64,000 nucleotides of DNA from Malacoraja senta (Eukaryota), in assembly GCA_038087875.1 (NCBI GenBank), contig CM075991.1, forward strand, positions 3,906,001 to 3,970,000. Direction: 5' to 3'. The notes beneath the pieces were generated by a model. It ran no database searches, was not told the DNA's origin, and worked only from the letters and a program-made list of their open reading frames with translations. Every line of letters starts with the position of its first letter. Within the stretch, counting starts at the first letter, position 1. The translations under genes were made by a program, and so were the position numbers. Positions 1 to 12,731 of the stretch are shown here, one piece after another.

Positions 1-451
1 AGATCTAGGAAGTTGATTTTTGCTTGCATTAATTCTTCCAGCACTATGTCTCTTTTGCTAATTCTAATTTCCTTTTTGTTTAACGTTTCCTTTTCATACT
101 AACGTGTTACCTGACAAAGGAACCACGTTTTGTATAATTATACTGCTCTTTCTTTGCTCCCATTTCTGATTATAAGATTCCGACATTTCTCTTCAGTAAA
201 TCTTTTTTTATGCTTCTGTTTGTTCATTCATTTATTCCATGCTATTTTACCTCTGTGCCCTGTTTTGCTCTCTAATTCAATGTATGTTTTCTTGCTAAAT
301 TCTAAACTGCTCCTGGTATACATGTAGCAGTAGACTATTCTTTGAACCATTCTAACAAGACCCATCAGCTTCCAGTGCACTGTGATCGCTGACTCCATGA
401 AATTACATGGGCCATTGTTTCCTCTCATTCTGATTTCCTTGATGCCGACAG

Positions 452-680
452 GGACATTCAGCAAGACGCCTTCAAGGGGAACCACACACACTGGAGGGGC
501 TTCTCCTTCGTCTACAACCATTATTTATTCTTTGTCTGTTTCCTGGTGGTTCTCTTGTCCATCTTCCTCTACCTGCTGCGACTGCGACGGATCCACCGCA
601 GGATGCTGCACAACACCTTGCCTGCTGCTGCCCTGTGGATGGCCGAAGGTGGGCTACCTCAGATATCGGAAGTTTCCTGA
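452..680 (+). CDS. ENTPD4: ENTPD4 (ectonucleoside triphosphate diphosphohydrolase 4), last coding exon
   Basis: Acceptor ccgacAG at 450-451. Phase-2 exon reads (R)DIQQDAFKGNHTHWRGFSFVYNHYLFFVCFLVVLLSIFLYLLRLRRIHRRMLHNTLPAAALWMAEGGLPQISEVS* with TGA at 678-680. This matches the ENTPD4 C-terminal transmembrane helix and tail (HTHWRG..YNHYLF..LLRLRRIHRR..AAALWM). Not in the ORF track. Confidence 0.92.
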
Positions 681-1244
681 AGACCAGTGGCTGAGGAGCG
701 GGGCTGCTGGATGGCAGATGTGACTGTCTTGCTTTTCAGGGTGGGATTTGACCACTGCCATGACTGTCAGTGAGGAACACTGGCATTGTGCAAAACTCTG
801 AAATTGAAGCAGCTAGGCTGCCATCTGGTTTCGAGTTTCCTTCTGAACATTCTTCAGATCGTTTTTTTTTTGTTTTTTTTGGATAGCCACGATTGATCCA
901 TTTGTTTCCTTCTGTTGGTTTGTCAAGTGGCAGGCTGCAAAAACATGACCTTCAAAATATGTGTAAAAGAGTTTATGAAGGCGAGCCAGAATATCCTAAA
1001 GTTGTTAAATGCCTCAACAAAAGAACAGCAATCAACCAAGCTTGAGACTCTGAGTACCAATGTTTTCCATGTTGCCGTTTTAAAAACAATGTGGTATCGA
1101 AAACCTTGTTACTTTGGCAGTGTGTGGAGTATCCTAAGCCAAGCCTGGATGTCTGCTGTCAACAGAAGAGGCGCTGGGCCAGTACGTGCTTGTAATATGG
1201 AAAATTAATGACAATCGAACATCTTTATGTTTATTTATAATTGC

Positions 1245-1345
1245 AATAAATGGAAATGAATGAGATGCATTTGTTACTTAGCAACCAATGACCTGTCGTA
1301 ATAAATGTCTTTATAAAATGTTATTTGTCTTCATTGTTCAGTTAC
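1245..1345 (+). terminator. ENTPD4 polyadenylation signals
   Basis: AATAAA at 1245-1250 and 1300-1305, followed by a U/GU-rich tract; about 0.6 kb after the stop codon. Confidence 0.6.
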
Positions 1346-2060
1346 CTGTAATGCAATGTTCTGACCTGTGTAACATGGCCACTAGGCTGGATGTTCCATC
1401 TTCCATCATGGAGTTCCATCATTGTGTCTGTCCAATTTTACCTTCTTAAAGTGTCCATCCCCAACCCTTGAATCAGCTCAACTATTGTTGATTATCTTAT
1501 TCAGGCCTTTCTCGCCACCAACCCAAATTTTCTGATGATCACCTTGCTAATCTCCCACTTTGCAACTCTATCGGTTTCTCCATGCCTATTATTATAAACC
1601 ACACCAAGTTCCACTCACTGATGTGTGTTGGCTTCTAGCCTGGCAAAGTCCCAGTTTTGATTTTTTTTTTAATCTTCCAAACTTTTTTGTGGCCTTGTTT
1701 CCCAGATTACCTTTTGCAGCCTTATAACCTTCCTGAACGCTGAACAAATCTTGTGCCCCAATGTTTGTGATCCAATGTCATTTTTTTTAATTTAATGGCT
1801 CTTCTATGAAAGATTTTGGGATTTGGGAATTTTGAAATTTGAAGATACAATTTGGGAACAGGAGTGGTCTGATATTGGTGATCTGATTATAACCTCAACT
1901 CTGATCCCACCTACCCTGGTAACCTTTCACCCTTTGCTTATCCAAACTCCATCTTAAAAATAGTCAAAGGTACTGCTTCAATCCAAGAGAGAGAATTTTC
2001 ATTACCGTTTTAAATAGGTGACCCTTTATTTTTAAACAGTGACTGAGACCCCCTCCCCCC

Positions 2061-2091
<31 letters not shown>

Positions 2092-2134
2092 ATAGTTCTG
2101 TATTTTCCCCAAGGGCAAACGTTTAACCAGGTAG

Positions 2135-2877
2135 TTTAGCGGTAGAGCTACTGCTTACAGCGCCAGAGACTCGCGTTGGATTCTGACTATGGGTGCTTGT
2201 TTGTACGTTCTCCCCCCATGACCTGCGTGGGTTTTCTCAGAGATCTTCGGTTTCCTCTCACACTCCAAAGATGTGTAGCTTTGTAGGTTGATTTGCTTGA
2301 TATAATTATTTTTTTTAATTGTTCCAAGTGTGTGTAGGGTAGCGCTAATGTGCGGGGATCGCTGGTCAGTGTGGACTTGGTGGGCCGTAGGGCCTGTTTC
2401 TCTAAACTAAACTAAAATGTGGTCATACTTATGCTAGGCTTGTTTTAGGACCTCTTACTCAAAGGTTGGTTGCCTGCTCCATCTCTGTTCACAGGTCAAA
2501 TTCCCATGACACCTTTTCCAAATAAGTGGAATCCTGGTGTCCTGACTCTCACTTTGAAAGTTTAAAGAGTAACCTAGCTGAGAAATGAAGGTACTCCCCT
2601 TTTATTTAGGGGCGGCACAGTGATGCAGAGGTAGAGTTGCTGCCTTACAGAGCAAGAGTCCCAGGTTCGATCCTGACTATGGGTGCCATCTGCACGGAGG
2701 TTGTGCGTTCTCCCCGTGACTGCGTGGGTGCTTCAGTTTCCTCCCACATTCCAAAGACCTACAGGTTTGTAGGTTAATTGGCTTCGGTAAAAATTGTGAA
2801 TTGTGAATTGTGGCGTGATTGCTGGTTGGCACAGACTCTGAGCCGAAGGGCTTGTATTTCTCAACTCAGAACTAAAC
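2135..2877 (+). mobile_element. Two HE1-type SINE copies (about 2135-2416 and 2610-2877)
   Basis: Same head, V-domain and tail. More copies at about 20366-20630(-), 25313-25598, 31678-32200, 34070-34625, 35923-36212, 38315-38612, 45414-45907, 49125-49420(-), 50312-50580(-), 55187-56225(-), 56700-56996 and 61909-62449(-). Confidence 0.8.
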
Positions 2878-5477
2878 AGTGGCTGCAAGAAGGACCTGCA
2901 GATGCTGGTTTAAATTGAAGATAGAAAGAAAAAGCTGAAGTAACTCAGCGGGACAGACAGCATCTCTGGAGAGAAGGAATTGGTGACGTTTCGGGCCAAG
3001 ACCCTTCTTCAGACTGCAATGGTTAGGTATGGGTCGGATCACTCTCTAACCCTGCTATCGCATGCGTTTGCCACAAGAGGCCCCCCTTTCGCCATTCTTT
3101 CATTATCTGCATGGGAGCCGTGTAATTTGTCAATTCACCAGTGACCTGTTGATGTCAGTTAAATAAAATGTGGAGTTGAATGTTAAAAACACTTAAGCAT
3201 AGGATTGCAATGCAATTAAATTCAAAGATAGACAATAGTGCTGGAGTAGTTCAGTGGGTCAGGCAGCATGTCTAGAGAAAAAGGATGATGGGCGATGTTT
3301 TGGGTCGGGGCACTTCTTCAGACTCAGACTACCCATCTTTTTTCTCCAGAGATACTGCCTGACCCACTGAGTTACTGCAGCACTTTGTGTCTATCTTTTC
3401 TATAAAATAACATCTACAGTTCTTTTTTTCTACAGTGCAGTTGAATTATTCTGCAAAGTCATGTTCACTGGTCTCTAATCAAGCAAGCTTGAGCTGAGAC
3501 CTTCAAGCTTTGAGCCTGACCAGCATAGTTTTTCCATTGGTGATAAATGAGCTGCTGCTGTTGGAAGAGCAAGCAGAATTTAATGTGAACTAACCCACTG
3601 AGGATGAAATACTCAGACTGGGAGCCGTTCTGAAACATTACCATGCCGTACTCTTGCCCCCATTGCAATCCAAACGCAGAGGTGAGGTGAAACAAACTTC
3701 CCTGTACCACAGAGTGACACAGCATGGGCCCTTTGGTCACCACAGAGTGACAATGCATGGGTCCTTTGGTCCACTGATTCTTTGACCATCAAACATCCCA
3801 TTTACACTCATCCCAGTTTCTTCACCCATTGTCATCAAGTTGCCACAGATTCTATATCTTATCTATACCTTTGGAGAATTGACAGTGGCCTATTAACCTA
3901 TAGGCACATCTTTGGTCCAGTATGTGGGAGGAAGCCGGAGAAGGCTGAAAGAAACCCTTGCAGTTACAGGGGGAACATGTAAATTCCACAGAAATGGTGC
4001 TGGAGGTTAGGATTGATCAAGGTTGCTGGGGCTTAGTGTTCTGAGGGACCTGATTATTCTTGAACCTGGAGTTAACACGCAGAAACAACAAGCATTTGTG
4101 ATAGTAGACTGTATGTTGGCTTTTATTGCAAAGAGAATTAGAGTACAAGAGTAGAGGCAATATTCCCCCCTTCAGCCTTTAGGACCATGAAAGACTTGGT
4201 CAATGTCCTCAGAAAAAAAAATGTCCACTGCCTAAGTCTCATGGTGCAGGTGCCACCTACATCTGCTCTGCCCCAACTTTTAGTCTCTTTGCGTCCCATT
4301 ACCATCATCATCTCTTTTGTGTCATTCAATATCTTGTGCTTTCCACCAAGAGGCATCTCAGACCTTCCATTTTGATCGAAGATAGACACAAAAAGCCGGA
4401 GTAACTCAGCGGGACAGGCAGCATCTCTGGAGAGAAGGAATGGCTGACGTTTCGGGTCAAGACCCTTCTTCAGACCCCTTCTTCCCATCTTCTCTTTTGC
4501 TGCATCCTTAAAATCAGTCCTTCTAAATGTTAACGCTGTTTCTATCTCTGCAGATGATGCCTGATCCCTTTGGCTTTATGATTTATTTCAGACTTGTTGC
4601 AGCCTTTTGATTTTCACTTTAAAGAATGTTATGCTGTTCAGGGAGAAAATAGCAATGGAGAAAATAGTACTGGGTGTGGTCATGTTGATCAAAACACCAT
4701 CCAGCATGTTAAAAAAGAATGGCTTTTAGGCTAGTGTCAATGAAACGATGATATTGGCAGTTGGGAATCCATGCAGACATCAGGTTTTTGGAGATCAAAC
4801 TTGTTTACAGCTGAAGAAAAAGAATCTGAATCTTGTTTCTTGGACAAGTGGAAAATTGGACATAGACCAATTTAACAACTTTAGAGGTTGGACAATCTGT
4901 TTTGAAACAACTCCAAACTGACTATATTTTTTCTATTATATGTATTTCATGCATTTTATGTGCTGGATTCATTGCTTCGGCTTGGTGTTTGTGCTGGCAC
5001 CGTATCTCCCAACTGGTCTGAATAACTGATACGTGACAACATGCTTCAGTCAGCATCTGGTTATTTCATATTCATGTTGGTCATAGTACAAAGGCTGGTT
5101 TCTCAGCCTCTCCATAAATCAAGAGCCATGAAGGGAAGGATATGAGAGTGTTTGAAGTGTCCTGGCTTTTGAGCTGAGCATTATGTGGTCTACATTTTCT
5201 AATTCATGCACCGAGTGTGGATATGGCTGGTAATGCTGGCATGTATTGCCACCCCCTTAAACCTCCTTGGCAGCCTATTGTGAAATTGTGATGGACCTGC
5301 CTTGGAGAACCACTGTAGCCCATGTAGTGAAATGGTTATACCTTTGGATGGGAATTTCTAGGACTTAATGAAATTACTACATGATTGGTGTAAATGTGTG
5401 CTTGATGGTTAGTATTGACTCAGTGTGCTAAAGGGGTGCTTTCTATGATGTATGTCTTTATCTGCTGAGTAACCGAT

Positions 5478-5713
5478 GATAGACACAAAATGCTGGAGTA
5501 ACTCAGCAGAACAGGCAGCATCAATGGATAGAAGGAATGTGTGATGTTTTGGGCGAGACCCTTCTTCAGACAGAAGACAGGTCTGAAGAAGGGTCTCGAC
5601 CCGAAACGTCACCCATTCCTTCTATCCAGAGATGCTTCCTGTTCCGCTGAGTTACTCCAGCATTTTGTGTTTATCTTCAGTATAAACTAGCATCTGCAGT
5701 TCCTTCCTACACA
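5478..5713. mobile_element. Penelope terminal-repeat inverted pair (representative of dozens of copies)
   Basis: Arms 5478-5571 and 5581-5675 are reverse complements. Similar pairs at about 3228-3432, 6700-6955, 21392-21590, 27399-27613, 28675-28901, 29790-30023, 33314-33518, 40088-40300, 45584-45768 and 62068-62272. Confidence 0.8.
5579..5615 (+). ncRNA. Minimal type I hammerhead ribozyme-like motif in the Penelope repeat
   Basis: GGT-CTGAAGA-A-GGGT(CTCG)ACCC-GAA-ACGT-C-ACC: conserved core, stem II, palindromic stem III and a short stem I. Confidence 0.6.
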
Positions 5714-6419
5714 TTTGATCTGCTGGGCAATCCTGGTCTCACCAGTCACCGATATTCCCCTTGCTCTACATATACCACTACCAAGCCTCCACCCTCCCCC
5801 CAGACATTCTCTGCTAGTTAAATATAATCTTTAACTTAGCAAGTTTTTCAACCTGAAAAATTAATGCTGATTCTTTTTTCCCCCACAAATACTGCCTGAC
5901 TTATGGAGTGTGTTTTTTTTTTAGCATTTTTGTTTTTTATTATAAAACCACATTTGCTTCTTTTTTTTAAATTTTGTGGTTCACCCAGCAGTTTGTCTTG
6001 TGGTTAGTCCAAGAAAATATTTATATTATTTACTGTACAATGTATGTGTCATTCTGGAAGGGACTGAAAAAGGAGAGGCAACGTGTACACCTTGTCTGAC
6101 AGAAGAGATCAGAGAGTTCATCTAATTAAAGTAGATTTGATAGAATACAATTTTTTGGAACATGAGATGTGAATCATGCGTTTTGGAACAGTGTCGGCAT
6201 TTTGTTAAACTTGAAGCAACAGAGCAGTAAAACATGACATTATATTACTGATAGAATAAATAGGGTTTCAAAACATGATTTGATTTTTATTATTGCTCTA
6301 AAGTTTATATGGGAGAAGACACATGTACTTTAAACACTGAAAGGGTTTGAAGCCCCCCTCCCCATAAAAGGGGGCAATGAGATATATGCTTGTGTAAATT
6401 TTGGACTGGATTTCATAAC

Positions 6420-6690
6420 ATGCAATTCTCACAGCGCAGAGCACTTTGCAGCCAATGAACGTATTATTCAGTCTGGTTATTGTTGTAATGCCGAGAACAG
6501 GGCAGTTAGTGTGTGCATTCCAACCTCGTACAAACAGCAGTAACATGATCCGTGTCGGTGATGTTGGTTCAATAGTTCTTTGGGGGCTGAGGGATGGTTG
6601 TTATAGGAGAACTCTCTGCCCTCTCTTCCTCTACTCAAGGTTTACTGCCTGAGAAATTTACTGTCTCGCCCAAAAGACAGCATTTTATTG
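6420..6690 (-). mobile_element. Ancient Deu-domain SINE (SacSINE1/AmnSINE-like) relic
   Basis: GCACTTTGCAGCCAATGAA..TTGTTGTAATG..ACAAACAGCAG resembles the Deu-SINE core as I recall it. Related relics at about 18490-18700, 41810-42065, 51815-52610 and 59380-59550. Confidence 0.5.
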
Positions 6691-7821
6691 GTGCCAAAGG
6701 TAGACATAAAATGCTGGAGTAACGCAGCGGTCAGGCAGCATCTCTGGAGATCTACTCCTTGACGTTTCCCGTCGAGACCCTTCTTCAGACTGGGATCTAG
6801 ACGTAAGAACCTTCTTCAGACTTCAGAAGAAGGGAATCGACCCAAAACGTCACCTACTCCTTTTCTCCAGAGATGCCGCCTGACCCGCTGAGTTCCCCCA
6901 CAATTTTGTGTCGTATCTTCGGTATAAACCAGCATCTACAATTCGTTCCTACACATTTCATTATCGCCAACATGGACCTGAAACTCTAATCGTTTAGCCA
7001 AGAACTAAGCGTGGGATTGAAGACAGTTGAGCTGCAATAACTTAAGATATCCTCTCCTCTTCACACCGAACGGCTGTGTTCCTGCCATTTCTGCAGTGGA
7101 AATTATGAAGCATCTTATCTGCGCCAAATGTCCACGCAGTTATTTGGAAAGCCTCGTGTCTGAGCTTTGACAGTGAAATATGGTTGTGCCATAATTTGAC
7201 TGGGTTCCTATCTACTGAGCTTTGAGAACTTGGGTTCATAATAAACACAGCTACACATTAACTCACAGTCCTGACTCACATCCAGATCTTTTCACTAATC
7301 AGCAGTATATTTCATCCCTGTTCTGGCAATGTTTCGATCAAATATTCTCCATGGTTACAGACCTCACAATGTCTGTAATCTTCTCCTCCTCTTCAGTGCC
7401 ATAAAATATCTGCATTCCTCCAATTCTGCTGTCTTGGACATCCCTGATTTCCATCGCTGCAGTGCTGGGGACTGCACTTTCTATTGAGACACGAGGCTGC
7501 TGGAATCTTGAGCTAAAAAACAAAATATTGGGGGAATTCAGCGGGTCAGGCAGCATCCGCCGACACCACACGTTTCAGTTCAGATTGCTGAAGGGTCATA
7601 AGTTCATGTGATAGGAGCAGAATCAGGCCACTCAAGCCTACTCCACCATTCAATCTTGTTTGATCTACCCCTCAGCCCCATTCTCCTGCCTTCTCCCCAT
7701 AACCCCTGACACACGTACTAATCAAGAATTTATCTGTCTCTGCCTTAAAAATATCCATTGACTTGGTCTCCACAGACCTCTGTGGCAATGAACTCCACAG
7801 ATTCACCACCCTCTGACTAAG

Positions 7822-8136
7822 GTATGTTCCCGATGTTGGGGGAGTCCGGAACCAGGGGCCACAGTTTAAGAATAAGGAGTAAGCCATTTAGAACGGAGAC
7901 GAGGAAACACTTTTTCTCACAGAGAGTGGTGCGTCTGTGGAATTCTCTGCCTCAGAGGGCGGTGGATGCTTTCAAGAGAGAGCTAGATAGGGCTCTTAAA
8001 AATAGCGGAGTCAGGGGATATGGGGAGAAGGCAGGAACGGGGTACTGATTGGGGATGATCAGCCATGATCACATTGAATGGCGGTGCTGGCTCGAATGGC
8101 CAAATGGCCTACTCCTGCACCTATTGTCTATTGTCT
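7822..8136 (+). mobile_element. Young CR1 3' fragment with (CTATTGT)n tail, nested in an older minus-strand CR1
   Basis: FPMLGESGTRGH..GYGEKAGTGY. Near-identical copies at about 16965-17150(-), 30518-30777, 39240-39499, 47900-48190, 53360-53730(-) and 54465-54706. Confidence 0.85.
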
Positions 8137-8775
8137 AATGAAATTCCTCTTCATTTCCTTCCTTTTATATTGAGGCTATAACCTCTGAGGCTATAACCCT
8201 TGGTCCTAGACTCTCCTATTTGTGGAAACATCTTCTCCACATCCACTATATCCAGGCCTTCCAGTGTCCTGAGCTGAAATGTCGTCTGTCTATTTCCCTC
8301 CACAGATGCTGCCTGATCTGCTGAATGCGTCCGCCAGCTTGTTTTGTGTTTCCTCTTGCCCTGATCATTGGAATTCGATCCCAGAACATCACTGCCTCTC
8401 CACTTCACTCATTAAGCATCACATTGGGCATCCATGTGCTCCCTCATGGTGCCAACCCAAAGTTGTCTTTCTCCACTTTGAATGTCCATGGGCCAGGGAT
8501 TTCCAGGAGTCGGTGAGGTTGTTGCACTTTCCCAAGGAGACCGAGAGAGCATTCATGAATATTTCTCTTCAGACCAGTCTGAAGAAGGGTTTCGGCCCGA
8601 AACGTTACCTATTTCCTTCGCTCCATAGATGCTGCTGCACCCGCTGAGTTTCTCCAGCATTTTTGTGTACATTCATGAATATTTGTTCATTTAGTAATCA
8701 CATTTCCCACATGTGTGCTCGAATTACTCAATATAGTGTGCATGTATTGAGAGTTTGTGCGTAGGCAAGAGTTTG

Positions 8776-8885
8776 TAAGTAAGTAAGTACATTTTATTTA
8801 AATAGCACGTTTAAATCAACTCGCGTTTGAACCAAAGTGCTTTACATAGAAGAAATAATTAGGTTTCCGAACATCCATAGAATTT
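8776..8885 (-). mobile_element. L2-like LINE 3' tail
   Basis: Minus strand TGTAAAGCACTTTGG..GTGCTATTTAAATAAAATGTAC(TTAC)n. Confidence 0.55.
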
Positions 8886-9630
8886 TTTTTTTTTTTACGT
8901 GTGTTGATTTTTGTGTGGAGGTGTTTGATGTTTGCGTTTGAATCTGTGTAGGGATTGGGTGTGTGTGTGAGGGTTTTGTAGCTTGTAGAAAAGACACAAA
9001 GTGCTGGAGTAACTCAGCAGGTCAGGCAGCATCTCTGCAGAACATGTATAGAGGACGTTTCGGGGTCGGGACCCTTCTTCAGACTATGGCTTGTATATTG
9101 TATTAGAATAGGTTTGTATTTGGTTGCCAGATCTGATTTGTTATGTGCCTTTTCATACCTCTAGTTACCCTTTCCCCTAACTCTCAGTCTGAAGAAGGGT
9201 CTCGAACCGAAAAATCAGCTATTCCTTTTCACCAGAGGTGCTGCCTGACCGGCTGAGTTACTCCAGCATTTTGTGCCTTTTGTGTGCTTTGTGTGTTTAT
9301 ATGTATGCCTTTCTTGTGCAAGTCTGGTGTGTGCTTACATGTTGTGTGAGGGACTTTGTGCATGTGCATCAAGTGTGTTTTCTTGTCATATGTCCCAGAT
9401 AGAACAATGAAATTCTGTGCAGCAGCACAACAGAATATGTAAACATAGTACGCTGTAAACAATAAACTAAACAAGCTGAAGATAGATAGGAGTAACTCAG
9501 CGGGAGAGCCAGCGTCTCTGGAGAGAAGGAACGGGTGACATAGAAACAAAGAAAAATAGGTGCAGCAGTAGGCCATTCGGCCCTTCGAGCCTGCACCGCC
9601 ATTCAATATGATCATGGCTGATCATCCAAC

Positions 9631-12600
9631 TCAGTATCCCGTACCTGCCTTCTCTCCATACCCCCTGATCCCTTTAGCCACAAGGGCCACATCCAACTCC
9701 CTCTTAAATATAGCCAATGAACTGGCCTCAACTACCCTCTGTGGCAGAGAGTTCCAGAGATTCACCACTCTCTGTGTGAAAAAGGGTTTTCTCATCTCGG
9801 TCCTAAAGGATTTCCCCTCTATCCTTAAGCTGTGACCCCTTGTCCTGGACTTCCCCAACATCGGGAACAATCTTCCTGCATCTAACCTGTCCAACCCCTT
9901 GAGAATTTTGTAAGTTTCTATAAGATCCCCCCTCAATCTCCTAAATTCTAGCGAGTACAAGCCAAGACTATCCAGTCTTTCTTCATATGAAAGTCCTGAC
10001 ATCCCAGGAATCAGTCTGGTGAACCTTCTCTGCACTCTCTCTATGGCAATAATGTCTTTCCTCAGATTTGGAGACCAAAACTGTACGCAATACTCCAGGT
10101 GTGGTCTCACCAAGACCCTGTACAACTGCAGTAGAACCTCCCTGCTCCTATACTCAAATCCTTTTGCTATGAATGCTAACATACCATTCGCTTTCTTCAC
10201 TGCCTGCTGCACCTGCATGCCTACTTTCAATGACTGGTGTACCATGACACCCAGGTCTCGTTGCATCTCCCCTTTTACTAATCGGCCACCATTTAGATAA
10301 TAGTCTGCTTTCCTGTTTTTGCCACCAAAGTGGATAACCTCACATTTATCCACATTATACTGCATCTGCCATGCATTTGCCCACTCACCCAACCTATCCA
10401 AGTCACCTTGCAGCATCCTAGCATCCTCCTCACAGCTGACATTGCCCCCCAGCTTAGTGTCATCCGCAAACTTGGAGATGTTGCATTCAATTCCCTCATC
10501 CAAATCATTAATAGATATTGTAAATAGCTGGGGTCCCAGCACTGAGCCTTGCGGTACCCCACTAGTCACTGCCTGCCATTCTGAAAAGGACCCGTTTACT
10601 CCTACTCTTTGCTTCCTGTTTGCCAGCCAGTTCTCTATCCACATCAATACTGAACCCCCAATACCGTGTGCTTTAAGTTTGTATACTAATCTCTTATGTG
10701 GGACCTTGTCGAAAGCCTTCTGAAAGTCCAGATATAACACATCCACTGGTTCTCCCCTATCCACTCTACTAGTTACATCCTCAAAAAATTCTATAAGATT
10801 CGTCAGACATGATTTACCTTTCGTAAATCCATGCTGACTTTGTCCATTGATTTCACCACTTTTCAAATGTGCTGCTATCCCATCTTTAATAACTGACTAG
10901 CAGTTTCCCCACTACCGATGTTAGACTAACTGGTCTGTAATTCCCCGTTTTCTCTCTCCCTCCCTTTTTAAAAAATGGGGTTACATTAGCTACCCTCCAA
11001 TCCTCAGGAACTACTCCAGAATCTAAAGAGTTTAGAAAAATTATCACTAATGCATCCACTATATCTGGAGCTACTTCCTTAAGTAGTCTGGGATGCAGCC
11101 TATCTGGCCCTGGGGATTTATCGGCCTTTAATCCATTCAATTTACCTAACACCACTTCCCGGCTCACCTGGATTTCACTCAGTTCCTCCATCTCCTTTGA
11201 CCTTGCTATTTCCGGCAGATTATTTATGTCTTCCTTAGTGAAGACGAAACCAAAGTACTTATTCAATTGGTCCGCCATGTCCTTATTCCCCATGATCAAT
11301 TCACCTGTTTCTGACTGCAAGGGACCTACATTTGTTTTAACTAATCTCTTTCTCTTCACATATCTATAAAAACTTTTGCAGTCAGTTTTAATGTTCCCTG
11401 CCAGTTTTCTTTCATAATCTGTTTTCCCTTTCCTAATTAAGCCCTTTGTCCTCCTCTGCTGGTCTCTGAATTTCTCCCATTCCTCTGGTCGGCTGCTTTT
11501 TCTGGCTAATTTGTACGCTTCATCTTTTGCTTTGATGCTATCCTTGATTTCCCTTGTTATCCACGGATGCACTACCTTCCCTGATTTATTCTTTTGCCAA
11601 ACTAGGATGAACAATTTTTGTAGTTCATCCATGTAGTCTTTAAATGCCTTCCATTGCATATCCACCGTCAACCCTTTAAGAATTAATCGCCAGTCAATCT
11701 TGGCCAATTCACGTCTCATACCCTCAAAGTTACCTTTCTTTAAGTTCAGAACCATTGTTTCTGAATTAACCATGTCACTCTCCATCCTAATGAAGAACTC
11801 AACCATATTATGGTCACTCTTGCCCAAGGGGCCACGTACAACAAGACTGTTAACTAACCCTTCCTCATTACTCAATACCCAGTCTAGAATAGCCTGCTCT
11901 CTCGTTGGTTCCTCTACATGTTGGTTTAGAAAACTATCCCGCATACATTCCAAGAAATCCTCTTCCTCAGCACCCCTGCCAATTTGATTCACCCAATCTA
12001 TATGTGGATTGAAGTCACCCATTATAACTGTTTTACCTTTGTTGCACGCATTTCTAATTTCCTGTTTGATGCCATCCCCAACTTCACTACTACTGTTAGG
12101 TGGCCTGTACACAACACCCACTATCGTTTTCTGCCCCTTAGTGTTTCGCAGCTCTACCCATATCGATTCCACATCCTCCAAGCTAATGTTCTTCCTTTCC
12201 ATTGCGTTAATCTCCTCTCTAACCAGCAACGCTACCCCACCTCCTTTTCCTTTCTGTCTATCCTGAATATTGAATATCCCTGGATGTTCAGCTCCCAGCC
12301 TTGGTCTCCCTGAAGCCATGTCTCCGTGATCCCAACTATATCATAATCATTAATAGCTATCTGCACATTCAACTCATCTACCTTATTACGAATGCTCCTT
12401 GCATTGAGACACAAATCCTTCAGGCTTGTTTTTACAACGCTCTTACCCCTTATACAATTTTGTTGAAAAGTGGCCCTGTTTGATTTTTGCCCTGGATTTG
12501 TCTGCCTGCCACTTTTACTTTTCACCTTGCTACCTATTGCTTTTACCCTCATTTTACACCCCTCTGTCTCTCTGCTCACACATTTAAGAAACCCAACACC

Positions 12601-12726
12601 TCTTATTCTCTGTTTATTATCTTTTTCTTCTTTCCCCCCTACATGTTGGGTCTGAGTGCTTTCCTTCTCTGCCTCCTGCCTCACACACCTTCTACTAGCT
12701 TTTTCTATTTGAGTCCCTCCCCCCAA
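9631..12726 (-). pseudogene. CR1 ORF2: APE endonuclease plus reverse transcriptase
   Basis: LNARSI, GITETW, GVVYRPP, MGDFN, SDH (APE); NYRPVSLTS, QHGF, LDFQKAFD, QGSVLGP, FADD (RT). Frameshifts near 12260 and 10880. Confidence 0.92.
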
Positions 12727-12731
12727 CCGTT

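Noticed and set aside
452..680. ENTPD7/LOXL4 as an alternative assignment
   Set aside because: HTHWRG and AAALWM fit ENTPD4; VEDIRIR, GMFGFP and YNT-VY fit LOXL2; the adjacency matches ENTPD4-LOXL2.
382..723. 113-aa ORF in the track
   Set aside because: Wrong frame; the real coding frame is the ENTPD4 exon 452-680.
9631..10866. RT ORF as a domesticated gene or retron-like system
   Set aside because: It is an ordinary CR1 ORF2 segment with near-identical truncated copies in the same window.
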